Source of the DNA: Spirochaetia bacterium
GTDB taxonomy: Bacteria > Spirochaetota > Spirochaetia > DSM-2461
Reading direction: 5' to 3'
Assembly (NCBI GenBank): GCA_963668315.1
Contig: OY764216.1
Coordinates: 4,512,001 to 4,576,000, forward strand
Length of the DNA stretch: 64,000 bases
Position numbers and translations under genes: made by a program. Of the stretch, positions 59,563-64,000 are shown piece by piece. A model generated the notes under the pieces. The model was not told the origin of the DNA. It saw only the letters and a program-made list of their open reading frames with translations, and did not search any database. The stretch's first letter is position 1. Every line of letters starts with the position of its first letter.

Positions 59563-61077
59563 TTGGAATACGATATCCCAACTTATCCGGAGCTAGGGAA
59601 TGTTTACTTAGGAGATTATTATGAGTCCATTCCCTTTGAAGATTATATATACAAAAAAGATTACAAATCCTATGGAATGCAGATTTTTGATATAAGGGAT
59701 TATGGAGCTGTTCCCGACGATGGAAGACTCAATACGGAAGCGATTAATAAAACAATTGAAGAATCCAAGATTGCTGGAGGCGGTGTAATACTTATTGATG
59801 GAGGAACTTACCTTAGTGGCACAATTCAGCTCTATAGCAACATGATACTCCATATTGCTTCTGGTTCAGTTCTCCAAGCCAGTCGAAATGCAGAAAAAAT
59901 GAACAAAGCTTTTATTATCGCCCAATATTCAGAAAATATTACAATCACCGGAGGAGGAACGATTTGTGGAAATGGGGAGTGGTATGTTTACGAACCTAGG
60001 AAAAAACCTCTGCTTAAGCCCTTGGATATCAGTGCTCTACCTCCTCGGGATGCCATAGATATAAATGGAGTCCCAGATACGATGAGATACCATTACCGAC
60101 AGAGGATTCGTTATGCTGAAGATAAATATGATGAAGGACTTCCACCATTAAAAAGACCGGATTACATGGTATGGATTAAGGAGTGCCAAAATGTAACGAT
60201 AAGAAATATTGTATTGGAAGATTCCATGTCTTGGACGCTCAATTTTGATTGTTCCCGTGATATTATAGTTTCCCATACAATAATCAATAACAACCGCCAT
60301 GTCGCGAATACCGATGGGATAGATATAACAGGAAGTAGCAATGTAATGATACTTAGGTGTTTCATCGCTACAGCAGATGATGGAATTGTTATAAAAAATC
60401 CCAATCATACTCAACGTGAGATGACAAACATTCGTATAAACGACTGCCGTATTCAAACAGTCATGAATGCTTTTAAAATTGGAACCGAGACAAAATATGA
60501 TATTTCTGATGTCGTAGTTGAAAACTGCCATTTCGAATTACCTGATATCTATCCTGGATCTGTATCTGGTATATCCATAGAATCGGCAGATGGTTCCTAT
60601 GTAAGAAACGTATCAGTAAGTAATATTACAATGGATAATATCACCTGTCCTTTATTCATTGCACTAAATATGAGAAACAGAGATGGGATTGAATACCCTG
60701 ATCGCTTCCCTAGACCCTATGGGGGAGGAATTGAAAATATCCATATAGAAAACATACAAGCTAAGAATGCAGAGGCTCCCAGTTTAATTTCTGGTTTTTT
60801 AATCTCAAATAATACGAAGAAAGTTTACAAGCCAATAAAATCGGTAGCCATTAAGAATTTTTATGTGACCTATAGAGATAATGATGAAAAGGTACAAGTA
60901 CCAGAAACAATTGAAGAATATCTCGAAGAATATCCTGAAAATAATAATTTCGGCGATGTAGATGCTTGTGGGCTATGGGCCCGTCATTGTGAAGAAATTA
61001 AGCTCGAGAATATAGAGATAATCCCAAGAAAGGTTAATACCAGGGATAACATCAGGATAATACGCCAGCTCCAATAA
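59563..61077 (+). CDS. GH28 glycoside hydrolase (polygalacturonase/rhamnogalacturonase-like)
   Basis: DYGAVPD, NTDGID, ADDGIVIK beta-helix motifs; TTG 59563 after AGGAGA preferred because 59521 lies inside the terminator. Confidence 0.85.
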   Translation: MEYDIPTYPELGNVYLGDYYESIPFEDYIYKKDYKSYGMQIFDIRDYGAVPDDGRLNTEAINKTIEESKIAGGGVILIDGGTYLSGTIQLYSNMILHIASGSVLQASRNAEKMNKAFIIAQYSENITITGGGTICGNGEWYVYEPRKKPLLKPLDISALPPRDAIDINGVPDTMRYHYRQRIRYAEDKYDEGLPPLKRPDYMVWIKECQNVTIRNIVLEDSMSWTLNFDCSRDIIVSHTIINNNRHVANTDGIDITGSSNVMILRCFIATADDGIVIKNPNHTQREMTNIRINDCRIQTVMNAFKIGTETKYDISDVVVENCHFELPDIYPGSVSGISIESADGSYVRNVSVSNITMDNITCPLFIALNMRNRDGIEYPDRFPRPYGGGIENIHIENIQAKNAEAPSLISGFLISNNTKKVYKPIKSVAIKNFYVTYRDNDEKVQVPETIEEYLEEYPENNNFGDVDACGLWARHCEEIKLENIEIIPRKVNTRDNIRIIRQLQ

Positions 61078-61534
61078 TATAAAAAACATTACAATATTAT
61101 TGAACTAAACCTTAAGTATAAATCGCGAATAAAAGTAATGCTATACAACAAATCTAAACCATTTTAAAAAGAAGGGATATAGAGTATCCTCGAACTCTCT
61201 CCAACAGTTTTAGACCGGAAGTTTTCCGGTCTTTTATTATAAATGGGAACTTTTGATATTTCGGTCTCAATTCTAGGAATGAAATAGATCCAATAATCCC
61301 TCTTTACTGTTTACTGGATCATAAAGATTCAACATATACTCATTATCTATTTCTGAACGAAGAAAGCTCAAAGAATGATTAGCAAAATTATAAGTGATAT
61401 CATCTGAGTTTGAAATTAATACAAATACTACCGTAGTACATGTATCAAAACTTTTTTGCCAAAGTAATTTTCAAAAGAAGGTTGAACACGGCAATTCATA
61501 AACTAAAACGATGAGAAAGTTCAAATAAAATTAC

Positions 61535-62044
61535 TTAGCTAGTTCCTTCAATCATTTTAAAAATGACACTCTTAGATATAGATTCAGAAAAATACATAGC
61601 AAAACAAAATCCATCTGACTCCCAAACAGCAATATTAAACTTTTGATTATTCCCTTTAATCGTGACTTCATTCCCATTTATTGTAATCATTTCGACTAAA
61701 GAATAATTGGAGGAATCAGTACACGAAAAATCGACAAAAGGATTCATGCTAAATATGGCTTTCATACAATCACCATTGTATTTTACTTCTGCATATGCAT
61801 CACCAAAAGATGTATAACTTATGGATATCACATCAAATGGTAAATCATGTACTTGCTTTACCAAATATCCCACGGCATTTGATAAGTCTTCAATGGAAGT
61901 ATAAGTAATTATTTCCGAAATGTTTGAATTAGGAGATATATCGATCTCTTTCTTTATACCAAATATCACAATTGCACCAAATAAGAGGAAAATAAGACTT
62001 GTAACAACAGGGGAAATCTCCCACATATATTTCATCCTCAACAA
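61535..62044 (-). CDS. Single-TM hypothetical protein, possibly a fragment
   Basis: 169-aa ORF with one TM helix; INGNEVTIKG...AVW C-terminal domain. Confidence 0.45.
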   Translation of the reverse strand: MLRMKYMWEISPVVTSLIFLLFGAIVIFGIKKEIDISPNSNISEIITYTSIEDLSNAVGYLVKQVHDLPFDVISISYTSFGDAYAEVKYNGDCMKAIFSMNPFVDFSCTDSSNYSLVEMITINGNEVTIKGNNQKFNIAVWESDGFCFAMYFSESISKSVIFKMIEGTS

Positions 62045-62192
62045 CGAATATCTCCTGCATTTTGATTAAAACTACTTCATCACTGGTAATTGATATTTAA
62101 GCAGTATCTATTACTATCACCTAACCTTGTTTTAAAATCCTTTATTTGAGAGTTAAAAGAGCTTAATAATAAAATCTTTCCTACCATTCTAT

Positions 62193-62864
62193 TTACTTAT
62201 CCCACCCATTTCTGAAAGCACGTAAAGCCAATCGCGTACGATCCGGTAAATTTATAATAGCCAGCAAATCAGAAACATAATTCTTCACTGTCCCTTCAGA
62301 GAGATTCATCTCAGAAGCGATCTCTCGGTTTGTAAATCCTTGCGCCAAACATTTAATAACCTTTTTTTCGCGGTCTGAAAAAGTCTCATAAAGAGTCTGC
62401 TCTTCTGGTGGAATCGCATTCGCATCTATTTCCTTATCATCATCTATACGATTGAGAAGTTTGGCCATGACTCCCGCCTCCATCTGAAACGTCCTGTTTT
62501 TTACCATATGGATGGCTTTCGCCAAATCATCAAGAGAGATATTTTTTTTTACGTAACCTAAAGCACCAGCTTTCAATGATTTTAAAACATATTCCTCATC
62601 ATCAAATGTAGTCAACATGAGGATATTGGCTTCGGAGTTTTCCTGCAGAATCCGCTCCACCGCAGTAATCCCATCCATGATAGGCATCCTTATATCCATC
62701 AATACCACGTCCGGCTTCAACTCTCTGTAAGCGATGAGTCCGTCTCTTCCGTTCTCCGCTGTCCCGATAACCTCAATGCCATCCTGCAGAATAAGCAGAG
62801 AAGCCAGCCCTTCGCGGACCAGCTGCTGATCATCCACTATCATAACCTTCACTTTCGACATCAT
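62193..62864 (-). CDS. NarL/LuxR-family response regulator
   Basis: VDDQ, LMDIRMP, LTTFDD, LSEGTVKNYVS. Confidence 0.95.
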   Translation of the reverse strand: MMSKVKVMIVDDQQLVREGLASLLILQDGIEVIGTAENGRDGLIAYRELKPDVVLMDIRMPIMDGITAVERILQENSEANILMLTTFDDEEYVLKSLKAGALGYVKKNISLDDLAKAIHMVKNRTFQMEAGVMAKLLNRIDDDKEIDANAIPPEEQTLYETFSDREKKVIKCLAQGFTNREIASEMNLSEGTVKNYVSDLLAIINLPDRTRLALRAFRNGWDK

Positions 62865-62870
62865 CCCCTC

Positions 62871-64000
62871 CTATATCAGCGAGACCGGATCTTTCGGCGC
62901 CACAGCAATAATCTTAGTCCCCTCACCCGGAGCGGAGTTAATTGCAAGATAGCCCCTGACAAGTTCGAGACGCCTTCTCATGCCTATCAGCCCGTATCCT
63001 CCTGATTGCTTCGCCCTTTCAGACGCATCGGGAACGAATCCGCTTCCGTCATCGGCCAATTCCACCGTGGCATATCGATCTCCGAATTCCACGCTTATGG
63101 TAACGTTCTGCGCCCGGGAGTGCTTGAGTATATTCGTCACGCCTTCCTGGCAGAGCCGGTAGAGCCCCATCATAACGGAATAATTATACCCCTCCTCGCT
63201 GCCGGTAATCGAAGAATCAACCCGGATGCCCACGTCTTCCAGCAATTTGATCAGGCGGGGCAGCAGATGGACAAGCGATATATCGGCAATTTCTCCGTTC
63301 AGCCGGTCCAGGGAGGTCTGGACATCTTCCATGGCGTCATCGGTCGTCTCTTTCGCCGCTTTGATGGCATGCTGCGATTCCCCCGGATCTCTCTCGAAAT
63401 AGGCTTCCGCCTTCGCCAGCTGGATCTTGATCGCCGTCAGGGCATGGCCCAGGCTGTCATGGATATCCCTGGCTATACGGGTCCTCTCCTCCAGGGCCAC
63501 GGTCTGGGCTATCTGGTTCGCATACTCCCGGAGGGTTTTCTCCGATTTGCGCAAATCGGTCAGCAGATCATGTATCTTCTCCCTTTTCCTGGCTTCCTCG
63601 TCCAGGAGCCAGGCCAGAAAATAGAAGAAGAGAATGGAGATAGTGCGATAAGAGGTGACGCCGATCTGATTGCTGTCAAAGGGAAGCTGGTCGGTAAGTT
63701 CAGACGCTCTGATCATCATAGGAATCGTTGGAAAGAGCAGACAGAAGGCAAGAACGGAAAGACTGATTTTCCGGGAGAAGACGGAATAGGAGCAAAAGGG
63801 CAGAGCCGTCGTAAGCATTGTCGCAAGCATAGTCAGAGGACTGATTCCCAGCATGCTTTCCGAATCGAAATAGAACGTCCCGAGGAAGTAAGCCCCGCCG
63901 ATCAACAATACCCGGAGATAAAAAACCGTTCGGGATACGGTCAGATTGGTTCTCTCCTTTTCCCCGAAAAGATTTCCCAATTCCAGCCCGATGAAAACAA
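62871..64000 (-). CDS. HisKA_3 sensor histidine kinase, 5' end probably beyond window
   Basis: ERTRIARDIHDSLGH, QEGVTNILKHS, DDGSGF, GYGLIGM; frame open to the window edge. Confidence 0.92.
   Translation of the reverse strand, partial: VFIGLELGNLFGEKERTNLTVSRTVFYLRVLLIGGAYFLGTFYFDSESMLGISPLTMLATMLTTALPFCSYSVFSRKISLSVLAFCLLFPTIPMMIRASELTDQLPFDSNQIGVTSYRTISILFFYFLAWLLDEEARKREKIHDLLTDLRKSEKTLREYANQIAQTVALEERTRIARDIHDSLGHALTAIKIQLAKAEAYFERDPGESQHAIKAAKETTDDAMEDVQTSLDRLNGEIADISLVHLLPRLIKLLEDVGIRVDSSITGSEEGYNYSVMMGLYRLCQEGVTNILKHSRAQNVTISVEFGDRYATVELADDGSGFVPDASERAKQSGGYGLIGMRRRLELVRGYLAINSAPGEGTKIIAVAPKDPVSLI

Overview
AT-rich bacterial accessory DNA, probably from a free-living spirochaete (inferred only from the style of the attC repeats). 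No core housekeeping genes are present. (1) 1-11.8 kb is part of an integrative element running off the left edge. It carries a tyrosine integrase, an excisionase-HTH fusion protein, RadC, a lone Bet/RecT annealase, a PD-(D/E)XK nuclease with a divergent XRE regulator, TA genes, and a helically phased GAGTA repeat array. (2) A 3' fragment of a tRNA(CAU) plus terminator at ~12.0 kb marks an att junction. (3) 12-34 kb is a patchwork of AbiEi/AbiEii modules (mostly truncated toxins or orphan antitoxins), an AEP-primase/SF2-helicase fusion, two sugar-ABC/glycosidase loci and an IS3-family element. (4) 34.8-37.5 kb is an integrase-less integron cassette cluster (CALIN) with a nested attC. (5) A dif-like site at 39.5 kb precedes an aldo-keto-reductase/flavodoxin/MATE cluster, argP-argO, WYL, TetR/MFS/ROK genes, a GH28 sugar-ABC locus and a two-component pair cut by the right edge. 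All product calls come from motif recognition by eye; no searches were run. No CRISPR array, rRNA or intact tRNA was seen.
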